From contig CAVTHI010000001.1 of the NCBI GenBank assembly GCA_963734525.1, positions 25,637 to 89,636 of the forward strand: DNA of 64,000 nt, given 5' to 3'. Below the pieces are notes generated by a model, which saw nothing but the letters and a program-made list of their open reading frames with translations, was not told the origin of the DNA and made no database searches. Shown here piece after piece: positions 1 to 8,452 of the stretch. Position 1 is the stretch's first letter. Each line of letters begins with the position of its first letter. The DNA comes from an uncultured archaeon (GTDB lineage: Archaea; Micrarchaeota; Micrarchaeia; Anstonellales; Bilamarchaeaceae). The position numbers were made by a program, and so were the translations under genes.

Positions 1-69
1 GAACCGTATCAGGAGGAGAAGCACGAACAGCGCGGCGATGAGCGCACCGAGCTCGATGTAGATTGCCAT
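1..69 (-). CDS. N-terminus of a small membrane protein, truncated by the window edge
   Basis: Manual translation from ATG at 69: MAIYIELGALIAALFVLLLLIRF..., hydrophobic. Confidence 0.55.
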   Translation of the reverse strand, partial: MAIYIELGALIAALFVLLLLIRF

Positions 70-134
70 GATGGCATTAACGCCTGCAACCGTTTAATGC
101 CTTCCCATGCCGCGGAAACGCGGTGTGCCGGATT

Positions 135-148
135 TTCTTTATAAAGAA
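135..148. promoter_or_regulatory. Palindromic TATA element, likely a bidirectional archaeal promoter
   Basis: TTCTTTATAAAGAA lies between two divergent genes. Confidence 0.5.
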
Positions 149-253
149 GGCTTGGTTGGACATTTCCTCAAGTCGGGGACACTTCCCCGGTCCAAGAATC
201 TGGGGGCCCTTCCGGGCCTCATTATAATCAATCAAGGTGGTCGGATGGAAAGG

Positions 254-421
254 ATGGAAAGTTCGGTTGCGGAAAAAATCGAATCGCTGATGAGATACCG
301 TGAATCGCTCGACGAGAGCGAGAGGGAGTTGTTCGACGTCCTCATCCATTATGCGAACGAGGTCGCGCTGGCCGTCGGGCAGGGCATCTCCCCAGACCAA
401 TCATTCATGCTGAAGAGGTAA
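254..421 (+). CDS. Small helical hypothetical protein (~55 aa)
   Basis: 3' part of ORF 107..421; AGGTGG upstream of ATGs at 245/254; hairpins on both sides. Confidence 0.55.
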   Translation: MESSVAEKIESLMRYRESLDESERELFDVLIHYANEVALAVGQGISPDQSFMLKR

Positions 422-444
422 CAGCCTTCTTTATGGGAGCAACC

Positions 445-519
445 GCCGGAGCGGGACGAGAGGCCTGCTCCGGCTGATATTTTTAGGGGCGTGGGAGGGC
501 TTTGCCCTTCCCGCCTCCC
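445..519. terminator. Two GC-rich hairpins between convergent genes
   Basis: GCCGGAGCGGG/CCTGCTCCGGC (445-474) and GGGAGGGC-TTT-GCCCTTCCC, with T-runs nearby. Confidence 0.5.
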
Positions 520-545
520 ACTCTAGAACTTTTTTTATAATAAAA

Positions 546-839
546 TTACTGCTGGCCGAAAACGAACTGCAGGAGCACCGGATGCCTGGAGTCGATCACC
601 TTGTCCAGCTTTTCCTTCATCCCAGGCGCCTTCGCCTTCTCGTGGAGCAGCGTGAGGATGGCCTGCCGTGCCTTCAGCGCGCCGACGAGGTTGTCGTTCA
701 CCTGCTCGAACATCTTTGCCAGCTCCACGGCTTCGGGGCCGAGCGCCTTGACATCGATTTCCTCGGGGGCTCCGTGGTGGCCGTGGCATCCGCCGCAGCA
801 TTCATCCTCAGACTTGCCTTTCTTGCAGTGGCCTTCCAT
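546..839 (-). CDS. Hypothetical protein with Cys/His-rich N-terminus (possible metal binding)
   Basis: MEGHC...ECCGGCHGHHG followed by a helical domain. Confidence 0.65.
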   Translation of the reverse strand: MEGHCKKGKSEDECCGGCHGHHGAPEEIDVKALGPEAVELAKMFEQVNDNLVGALKARQAILTLLHEKAKAPGMKEKLDKVIDSRHPVLLQFVFGQQ

Positions 840-1068
840 AAGAATCGGGCTGAATGGGTTGGAAACAATTTAAAAATAGCGAATCGGGCTTGAAGGGAGT
901 GCCGGGCTTGGTGGTGCGGACGCGTTCAGCGGCGGGATTTCGAAGGCGCTTGAGCTTCCGCACCTTGGACGCCTTCCCCTTCCTGCCGGGCAGGCGGCCG
1001 TGCTTGCGGACCTTTCTAGGCGCCTTGGCCGGCTTGCGCTTCGCTGCCTTTTTTCTTTTAACTGCCAT
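808..1068 (-). CDS. Small, extremely Lys/Arg-rich protein (putative nucleic-acid binding)
   Basis: MAVKRKKAAKRKPAKAPRKVRKHGRL...; GGTGA RBS at 1075-1079; 3' end uncertain because it overlaps the next gene. Confidence 0.6.
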   Translation of the reverse strand: MAVKRKKAAKRKPAKAPRKVRKHGRLPGRKGKASKVRKLKRLRNPAAERVRTTKPGTPFKPDSLFLNCFQPIQPDSYGRPLQERQV

Positions 1069-1084
1069 TCCGTATCACCAAAAA

Positions 1085-1322
1085 CTGATGCCTTCGATAT
1101 CTGGACTCGGTGAGGAAGTTCCTCAAGCGCTATAGGATTACAATCTTAACCCATCCACGCACTTTAGAGGTTATCTTCATCGCGCCAAAGCGAGCTTAAC
1201 AAGCACGGGTTTCGTGCAGTGAGTTATAGTCCAGTCACCGCATTTATGGCCAATTGCTTGACAGAGGCTGCAAAGGACGCATCCTTTCCAGGACAACCGA
1301 AATGCCCGAACAAAGGCATCAG
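1085..1322 (-). ncRNA. Candidate structured ncRNA or 5' leader, family not recognised
   Basis: 12-bp closing helix CTGATGCCTTTG/CGAAGGCATCAG with a G-U only on the minus strand; internal hairpins AAAGGA/TCCTTT, GCACG/CGTGC, TGAGGA/TCCTCA; long-range CTGGACT/AGTCCAG; T-run follows; AT-rich promoter region upstream. Confidence 0.6.
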
Positions 1323-1344
1323 GTTATAGTCGTTGTAGCGAAAA

Positions 1345-1380
1345 AAGCTTAACGCTTTCTACAAAAAATTTATAATTTTT
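1345..1380 (-). promoter_or_regulatory. AT-rich promoter region (TTATAAA / TTAAG boxes) upstream of the structured RNA
   Basis: Minus strand reads AAAAATTATAAATTTTTT...GAAAGCGTTAAGC. Confidence 0.45.
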
Positions 1381-1491
1381 TCCTTTTTATGTTAGAAAAA
1401 GTCTATTTTTACGTAATATTGACATCTTATTAACTGGATATATGTGAAATATCTGTTTTTATACCTTCCTGCGGTCCCACGGGCCGGCTCA

Positions 1492-2703
1492 TCAGGAGAG
1501 GAGATTCGGGGCGAAAAGGAGCATCATGCCCAGGAGCAGCATCACGGCCCCGCCGATGATTTTGCAGTACCTTGCGTATTTCTCCCCGGTGTTGCTCATG
1601 ATGAGGAGGGCGGACCCGAAAACGAGCAAATCATCCAGCATGAAGAAGAAGTCGTATAGCGCGATATAGGCGTAATGCTCCAGCGGGGAAAGGCCGCTCA
1701 ATGCCAGGACCTGCGTGAACACGGCCGGGATGGCGGACGAGCAGACGAACTCGATTGAGTTTATCGTGAATGCCAGGAAAACGATGCCCGCGAAAGTCAT
1801 CCAGCTCAGGGGGGCCGCGACGAGCTCCTTCATCCGGGCCGAGAGCTTCTTCTTGTCATCGACGCCGGTCACCTTGCAGACCATGGCGCCCTTCGTCTCG
1901 AGGTATTCCCGTATGGACAGGATTCCGCCACCTAGCGCGATGAGCCCGATGATTATCGTGACGGCGCGCACGTAGCCCAGGAAGAGGAATGCGTTCAGCC
2001 ATGCGGTCATGAACAGGAAGTAAAGCACCCCCGAGGAGAACACGAACGTGCCGACAATCAGCGCGAGCCTGCGCTTGTCGTTCAGGTTCATGAGGAGGCT
2101 GATGAGGTAGACCAGGACCCACATCGCGCACGGGTTGAAGCCGTCGACGAGGCCGAGGACCACGGCAAGGAGAGGGAGGGACATCTTCGTGACATCCGTC
2201 CTTCCGAGGAAGGGGAGGTCCATCCCCTTGGTCAGGAAATCCGACGTCGTCGATGAAACGGGCGCCCCGCCGCACCCGTCTTCCAGGCATTTTCCGACCG
2301 CGTCGCGTATCTGCGCGCCGGTCGTGTTTTCGGACTGGAAGCCGACGAATATCCTGTTCCCGAATATTGTCGTGGGCGTGCCCAGGCTTTCAGGCCCCAT
2401 GCTGAAGTTCTGCGCCATGATGAGCAGGAGCCGCGATTCGGAGGGCACGGTGATGTCGTGCCTGACGATGACGATGTCCGGAAAATCGGATTGCAGCTTC
2501 CCGTTGAACGGCTCCTGGGCCGCGCAGTGCGGGCAGGTGGGGGAATAGAAGAAATGGACTATCATCTTTCCGGAATAATCCGCCTGCCGGGGGGCGGTGT
2601 AATCCAATGCGAGGAGCGCTACGCCGATGATGAGCAGGATGATGGCGAGGTTCCGGTTGAACGGAGCGGCTAGGAAACCCGAGACCTCGTCCGTGATTTT
2701 CAT
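1492..2703 (-). CDS. Thioredoxin/glutaredoxin domain fused to a CcdA/DsbD-like membrane domain
   Basis: CPHC motif; DGFNPCA and EFVCS membrane cysteines; multiple TM helices. Confidence 0.85.
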   Translation of the reverse strand: MKITDEVSGFLAAPFNRNLAIILLIIGVALLALDYTAPRQADYSGKMIVHFFYSPTCPHCAAQEPFNGKLQSDFPDIVIVRHDITVPSESRLLLIMAQNFSMGPESLGTPTTIFGNRIFVGFQSENTTGAQIRDAVGKCLEDGCGGAPVSSTTSDFLTKGMDLPFLGRTDVTKMSLPLLAVVLGLVDGFNPCAMWVLVYLISLLMNLNDKRRLALIVGTFVFSSGVLYFLFMTAWLNAFLFLGYVRAVTIIIGLIALGGGILSIREYLETKGAMVCKVTGVDDKKKLSARMKELVAAPLSWMTFAGIVFLAFTINSIEFVCSSAIPAVFTQVLALSGLSPLEHYAYIALYDFFFMLDDLLVFGSALLIMSNTGEKYARYCKIIGGAVMLLLGMMLLFAPNLLS

Positions 2704-3434
2704 ATAATCAGCCTTTTCCTTCCGGCCGATTCGTTAATGGCGCTCATGTTCTTAAGGGTATATTCGTCCAGGAGGCGCTCGTCTTTCCGCCCAAGCTTCT
2801 CGATTATCATCCCCCAGTGGACCGAAACGGCATCCCCATTCTTCAATCCGGAAACGAAGCGCATCCCGCCCCGCTCGAGCGATGCCTTCGATAATTTTTC
2901 CCGCATGGCGAACCCGCCGTCATAGGCAATCGAACGCCGGAGGAGCGTCGCCTTGCCCCCGTCCGCAGAAATGACCTTCCCGGAGGTAATGCAGCATGAA
3001 TCGAAGTTGCGCACAGAGCGCGGGACCGCGTTGCTGACGAAATTGACGTAAAGGACGTTGAAGCTGTGGTGGGGGAGGATTCCTTCGGGCAGATTGTCGC
3101 ACAGCCGCCTCGCCCTCGCGGGCTGTTTTCCCTTGAGGAGGTCTTTTTCGATGAACGAGCGCAATGCGCTTGCCCGCACGGATTCGAGAAGGCGGTTTCC
3201 GGTCCAGAACGCCCTGACCACATCGGTGTCGAACGGATCGAGGCCGTTTTCGCGGGCGATGAGGGAGAGATACGCGTAATGGGCGGAGAAGCCCGCCAGT
3301 TCAGCCCGGATTGCGCCTGGCCCGGTTTTCCCGGACTGGAATTTCCGGAGGGCTTGGCAGAAGCCCCGCGTGCCGCAGTATCCGCGCCTGTTAGGCGGGT
3401 ACGCGTAATAGGATGCGAGTTCGGCCCCTTCCAT
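2700..3434 (-). CDS. DUF6390-type protein (hydrogenase-locus associated, HypC-like C-terminal HWG)
   Basis: YAYPPNRRGYCG, PHHSF, DSCCI and VSVHWG motifs; start set to MEGAEL. Confidence 0.7.
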   Translation of the reverse strand: MEGAELASYYAYPPNRRGYCGTRGFCQALRKFQSGKTGPGAIRAELAGFSAHYAYLSLIARENGLDPFDTDVVRAFWTGNRLLESVRASALRSFIEKDLLKGKQPARARRLCDNLPEGILPHHSFNVLYVNFVSNAVPRSVRNFDSCCITSGKVISADGGKATLLRRSIAYDGGFAMREKLSKASLERGGMRFVSGLKNGDAVSVHWGMIIEKLGRKDERLLDEYTLKNMSAINESAGRKRLII

Positions 3435-3438
3435 GCAA

Positions 3439-4353
3439 TCAGGACCCGATTTCCTGCAGGCCCGCCGCCCGGGGGCGGGATAATACGGCCATGTAGGCGA
3501 CTGACGCGGCACCGGCGAGAATCAGGAAAATGCCCGCCGCCCCTATGACCGTGACGGTTTTCCCAAGGAAAGCCGCTTCGAACGCGGACGTGACGATGCC
3601 GCCGAGGGTGAATATGCATGCCGCCTTGAAGAGGGGCACGTACCTGAGGGATGTGTACCACGCCATCATGAACGCGCCGAGGGCTGCCGACGTCAAAACC
3701 AGCCATGCAAGGGCTTCCGCGCTGATTTGCGCAAGCGACCCGATTGAGCCGCTCGCCCACATGAATGCGACCAGGATGGAAGAGCCCATGAGCATCCGCG
3801 CCGCCATGAGGGTCCTCGGATGGATGTCTGCAAGCGCTTTGCGGGAGAGCGCGTATTCAAGGGCCCACAGGACGGTCGCCCCGAGGACGAGCAACTGCCC
3901 GGCGCCGAATTGCATGTCGCCGGAAACCAGGAGCGCGTTGCCAATCAGGATTGCGAATCCTGCGGCCATGTCCTTCGGGGAGGGCGTCTCCTTCAGGACG
4001 AGATAGCCGAAGACGCCGGCGAACACGAACAGCGAGCGGTAGATGAACGAGCTGACCGCCGCGCCGCCGAGCTTGAGGCCCCAGAAGAACATGGCGAATG
4101 GGATGCTCCCGCCCACCACGCCTATGACCGCAAGCGCGGCCAGCTGCCTGCGCGAGAGGCTCCGGATGCGTGCTGCCTCCCCGAGGGCGAGTATTGCCGC
4201 GGCGACCAGGATGAACGCGCCCGCGTTCTTGAGGACCGTGTAGGCGACGGGGTCGGCGAGCTTCACGGCGACGCCGTTCATGAACACCGAGAAGCCGCTG
4301 ATGAGGGCGGCGAGCAGGGCCAGTGCGATGCCTTTGCGCATATTGTCTTCCAT
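3439..4353 (-). CDS. DMT/EamA family transporter
   Basis: ~300 aa with about 10 TM helices in two repeats; true start MEDNMRKG within ORF 3439..4953. Confidence 0.85.
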   Translation of the reverse strand: MEDNMRKGIALALLAALISGFSVFMNGVAVKLADPVAYTVLKNAGAFILVAAAILALGEAARIRSLSRRQLAALAVIGVVGGSIPFAMFFWGLKLGGAAVSSFIYRSLFVFAGVFGYLVLKETPSPKDMAAGFAILIGNALLVSGDMQFGAGQLLVLGATVLWALEYALSRKALADIHPRTLMAARMLMGSSILVAFMWASGSIGSLAQISAEALAWLVLTSAALGAFMMAWYTSLRYVPLFKAACIFTLGGIVTSAFEAAFLGKTVTVIGAAGIFLILAGAASVAYMAVLSRPRAAGLQEIGS

Positions 4354-4407
4354 GTTTGTGGGATTGGACGGGAAAATATTAAAGGATGCGGCAGGTAATG
4401 TTGGGTC

Positions 4408-4941
4408 ATGGGAAAGAAGCTCCGCATCGGCTGGTTCACCTTCACGTGCTGCGAGGACAGCTCGATAATATTCGTCGAGATGATGAACAAGCGCTTTTTC
4501 GAGTGGAAGAAGATTCTCGATTTCAGGCACTGCAAGATGATAAAGTCGAAAAACGTCCTGGACAGCCTCGACGTGGCGTTCGTGGAGGGCGCGATATCGA
4601 ACGACCGCGACAAGGCCAAGCTCCTGGAAATCCGGGGGAAGGCGAAATACCTGGTCGCAATCGGCTCGTGCGCATGCACCGGCGGCCCTTCCGCCCAGAG
4701 GAACACGTTCCCGGAGCATCTCAAGGTGAAAATCGAGCCGTTCCTGCGGAAATGGGACCTTTACAGGGATGTCCTGCCCCTGGACAAAATTGTGGCCGTG
4801 GATGACCGTGTCGACGGCTGCCCCATGGTGGAGCAGAAGTTCCTCGAGGTCCTCGGCAAGTACCTTGCCGAATTCGGGGTGATTAAGGAGAATGCCGGCC
4901 TGCCCGGGGCCAAGGGGGGAAAGGCCATAGCCAAAGGATAG
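4408..4941 (+). CDS. [NiFe]-hydrogenase small subunit, short (NuoB/20 kDa-like domain only)
   Basis: FTCCEDS, FVEGAI, AIGSCACTGG and VDGCP motifs; directly upstream of the large subunit. Confidence 0.9.
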   Translation: MGKKLRIGWFTFTCCEDSSIIFVEMMNKRFFEWKKILDFRHCKMIKSKNVLDSLDVAFVEGAISNDRDKAKLLEIRGKAKYLVAIGSCACTGGPSAQRNTFPEHLKVKIEPFLRKWDLYRDVLPLDKIVAVDDRVDGCPMVEQKFLEVLGKYLAEFGVIKENAGLPGAKGGKAIAKG

Positions 4942-4952
4942 GGGGAAACACA

Positions 4953-6304
4953 ATGCACACGCAAAGCTTCGACATTACGATAAAGAACCTGAGCAAAATC
5001 GAGGGGCACACAGACCTGGACGTGGCCGTCAAGGACGGGAAGGTCGTCAGCGCGAAGCTGAGGATTGACGAGAACAAGAGGTTCTTCACGACCGGGGCCA
5101 TAGGAAAGCCGGCCCTCGGCATCCACCAGGTCGTGTCGAGGATATGCGGGACCTGCTCGATAGCCCACCTGCTCGCCTGCATCAACTGCGTCGAGGACGC
5201 GTTTTCCGTGGAGCCCTCGGAGCAGACGGTCAAGCTGAGGGACCTGCTCCTGTACGGGCTGAACATCAGGGACCATGCGCATGCACCTGTACCTGTTCTG
5301 CCTGCCGGACATCTTCGGGAAGGATTCGGTGCTCGATTTCGCGGACGAGGGATACGAGCACGACCTCGTGCACAAGGCGTTCGACGTGAAAAGCGCCGGG
5401 AACGACCTGTGCGTGCTGTCCGGGGGGAGGGCGGTCCATTCGCCGTTCCCGCAGGTAGGGGGCTTCATGAAGATTCCGAAGAAGGAGGACGCGAAAAAAA
5501 TCGCGGACGAGCTTCGGAGTATACGCAGCTCGGCAATCGAGTTCGTCGACATCTTCAAGAAGAGGGACTTCCGGTTCATTTCCGAGACGATGTACATCGC
5601 GCTCCGCAACGACAGGTTCAGCTACCAGGACGGGGACCTGATGACGTCCGACGGCGCGCGCGTCGCGCACGGCAATTTCCGGGACCACCTCCAGAAGTTC
5701 GTCGTGCCGTACTCGCAGGCGCCGGGATTCGAATTCAAGGGGAGGCCGTATGTCGTCGGCGCCCTGGCCAGGATGAACATGAACCGGGACACGCTCCACC
5801 GGGATACGCGCAGGGACCTTTCGTCCGCGCTTTCCGTGTTCCCCTCGGACAACATCTTCAACAATAACCTGGCCCAGGCCATCGAGATAGTCCACTGCAT
5901 CGATTCGTCCATCGAGCTCCTCGAGACCATGGAGTTCCGGAACGAGCCTAAAGTCGCGATAAAGCCCAAAAAATCCGAAGGAATCGGCGTGCTGGAGGCT
6001 CCGCGCGGGACGCTTGTACTATCATCTGCACATCGACGACGCCGGGAAGATAGAGTTCGCGGACCTCGTGATTCCGACGTCGCAGAACCAGATAAAGATG
6101 GACAAGGACATCGGGGCGCTCGTCCAGGACAGGATAGAGAAGGGCGTCCCCCGGGAGCAGATGCCCCTGGAAATCGAGAAGCTCATCCGCGCCTACGACC
6201 CCTGCATGAGCTGCGCGACGCACTTCCTGAAAGTAAACTGGAAAGGAGGCGCGAAACCGCGGAGAGCGCCTTCCCGGGCGGCATCGAAGACGGAACGGCG
6301 ATGA
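4953..6304 (+). CDS. [NiFe]-hydrogenase large subunit (group 3-like), two apparent +1 indels (~5280, ~6016)
   Basis: KIEGH, RICGTCSIAH (L1), EAPRGT and YDPCMSCATH (L2), spread over ORFs 4953.., 5275.. and 6014.. Confidence 0.9.
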
Positions 6305-6653
6305 TGCGGACCGAATCCAACGCGCCCATCTTCAGCAGGAGCTTGAGCGTCATCGCGAGGTCGAAATCGTGCATCGAGTATGCCTTGCCGCCGGAAAGCG
6401 AATCGATGCCCTCGAGGAGCACGACCTTGTCAAGGCCGACAGCCGAATCCAGGATGATGAGGTCGCGGCCTTCCTTCTCGAGGTTCTCGGCGGCGTCGAA
6501 TTCCTTGAATGAGACGAACGGGAACTTTTTCTGCAGCAGGGGCATCAGGCGCAGGGCTATGGAATCGGCATCCACGAGCGGGTTGCCGAAAACGAGGATT
6601 TTTTGGCGCGAACCGGCCCTTTTCGCATTTCCCCTTATGGTGTTCAGCCCCAT
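6183..6653 (-). CDS. Hydrogenase maturation protease (HycI/HyaD-like)
   Basis: LVFGNPLVDAD, LIILDS and SMHDF motifs. Confidence 0.75.
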   Translation of the reverse strand: MGLNTIRGNAKRAGSRQKILVFGNPLVDADSIALRLMPLLQKKFPFVSFKEFDAAENLEKEGRDLIILDSAVGLDKVVLLEGIDSLSGGKAYSMHDFDLAMTLKLLLKMGALDSVRIIAVPSSMPPGKALSAVSRLLSSLLSGSASRSSCRGRRRG

Positions 6654-7348
6654 CCTTCCATCCGGAGTTTTTTAGGGTCCACGGAAAGCGCGACGAGGCA
6701 TTCGCGGACTGCCTTCACCATCCCCGGAGGCCCGCATACGAACCAGTCGAAATCTTTCGCGGTCTGGACGTGGCGGACAAGCATCTCGTGGTTCACCCGC
6801 CCGCATTCGCCCGCCCAGCCATCCGGCTTTTCGCGCGTGAGCGTGATTACGACTTTTATGCCAGGGTGTTTTTTCTGGAGCTCCGCAAGCTCGTCCGCGA
6901 ATAGCACGTGGTCGCGCGTCCTCGTGCTGTAGAATAGCACGAACCGGCCGGGCACGTTTTTTTCGGATATCTGCCGGAGCATGCTCATTATCGGCGAGAT
7001 GCCCGTCCCCCCTGCGATGAAGGCGGCCTTCTGCTCGTTCTTGTATGCCATGTGGCCTGCAGGGCCTTCGACGCCAAGGATGTCGCCTGATTTGAGCTTG
7101 GCGAGCTGGCTCGTCATCTGCCCTCCGACCATGTCTATGGCGAATTCGAGGTAATCCATCGAAGGGACCGAAGCGACGGAGTAAGGCCGCCGGAGGACGC
7201 TTGCGCCGCCATCATCCAGCCTGTGAAGGAAGAAGAACTGGCCCGGGACATACGGGGGAATCCGGCCTGAAACCGGCTGAAGGCGGAAAATCCTGACATC
7301 CGGCGCCGGGGAGCCGACCTTGATGACCTTATATCGTTCTATCGCCAA
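6644..7348 (-). CDS. FAD/NAD(P)-binding oxidoreductase (ferredoxin-NADP reductase family)
   Basis: RPYSVAS, GGQMTS, AGGTGISP and CGPPGM motifs. Confidence 0.9.
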   Translation of the reverse strand: MAIERYKVIKVGSPAPDVRIFRLQPVSGRIPPYVPGQFFFLHRLDDGGASVLRRPYSVASVPSMDYLEFAIDMVGGQMTSQLAKLKSGDILGVEGPAGHMAYKNEQKAAFIAGGTGISPIMSMLRQISEKNVPGRFVLFYSTRTRDHVLFADELAELQKKHPGIKVVITLTREKPDGWAGECGRVNHEMLVRHVQTAKDFDWFVCGPPGMVKAVRECLVALSVDPKKLRMEGWG

Positions 7349-7504
7349 ATAAACACCGGAAAAGAGCTGTCAATGCGCTGCTTACGCCTTGATATTAAGC
7401 TAAATATTTAAAGATGCACAGCAGAAAGACGTTGAACCGGGCCCGGCAGGGATGCGGGCCCCCAACAGGCGGGGAATAGCCCGAAGGGAGAAGGGAGAAT
7501 CTGA

Positions 7505-8452
7505 ATGGTCCTTTGCATAATCGCATTTTTCGTCTTCGCAGTGATGTCCGTGTTCTCGGCGAAATACAGGCCCCTGGCACGCGAGGGGCTGAGGTGCGTG
7601 TTCAGGACGGTCACATTCAAGCCGTGCGATACCGGGCTGGACGACCGCATCAAGGCCGAGATGGTCAGCGGGCTGCTGAAATTCTCGCCGGGCGGGGCGA
7701 AGCTCCTGAATAGGCATTTCACGCTGTTCTCGTGGATATTCGTCCTGCTGAGCGCCGGCAGCCTGATTTACAGCCTGTACGGCATATACAACTTCTATTA
7801 CTTCGGCAACTGCGACGGGCCGGCCAGCGTGAACGCCTGCGTCCTCAACCAGATTACCGGGGATTACGGGCGGTTCAGCGAGCCCAAGGACCTGGTGGCC
7901 CCCACGGCCCTGGACGGAATAACCGCCGGGATGGAGGGCGCGGACACCGTCATTGTGGAATTCGGATGCTTCACCTGCCCGTACACCGCGAAGGCCGAAC
8001 CCGCAGTCCAGCAGATACTGCGCAAGTACGACGATTCCGTTTATTACGTGTTCAAACCGTACCCGCTCCCGAACCACAACAACAGCTATGATGCCGCGCG
8101 CGCCGTGCTCTGCGCGAACAGGCAGGGCAAGCAATGGGAGCTGCGCGAGGAGATTTTCCGCCAGCAGGAGGTCTGCTCCACAGACGGCTCGATAGCCATC
8201 CGCCAGCTCGCGCAGGATTCGGGGCTTGACATGGCCGCGTTCGACTCGTGCTTCGACAACAACGAGACCGGGGCCGAGCTCGATAGGTACGTCCGGGAGG
8301 GCCAGGATGCGCGCATATACGCGACCCCGACGTTCTTCATAAACGGCAAGGCAATCGTAGGCCCGAAAACGCTCGAGCAGTTCGAATGCGCCATGAAGAA
8401 GGAGAAGGGCGTCTTCGAGGAGCTGGACTGCTGGCTGAAGGGGATGGGCTGA
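7505..8452 (+). CDS. Membrane-anchored DsbA/thioredoxin-fold protein
   Basis: CFTCPYT, YPLPNH and ATPTFFING motifs; N-terminal TM segments. Confidence 0.85.
   Translation: MVLCIIAFFVFAVMSVFSAKYRPLAREGLRCVFRTVTFKPCDTGLDDRIKAEMVSGLLKFSPGGAKLLNRHFTLFSWIFVLLSAGSLIYSLYGIYNFYYFGNCDGPASVNACVLNQITGDYGRFSEPKDLVAPTALDGITAGMEGADTVIVEFGCFTCPYTAKAEPAVQQILRKYDDSVYYVFKPYPLPNHNNSYDAARAVLCANRQGKQWELREEIFRQQEVCSTDGSIAIRQLAQDSGLDMAAFDSCFDNNETGAELDRYVREGQDARIYATPTFFINGKAIVGPKTLEQFECAMKKEKGVFEELDCWLKGMG

Noticed and set aside
1112-1122. GAGGAAGTTCC on the + strand resembles the RNase P RNA P4 5' strand
   Set aside because: The matching 3' consensus is not positioned next to the closing helix, the motif sits in its own hairpin, and both the G-U pairing and the promoter position favour the minus strand
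1221-1240. GTTATAGTCCAG resembles the group I intron S element
   Set aside because: There is no room for the P3-P6 core and no interrupted host gene
6190-6225. Selenocysteine in the hydrogenase L2 motif
   Set aside because: The codons are TGC (Cys); there is no in-frame TGA
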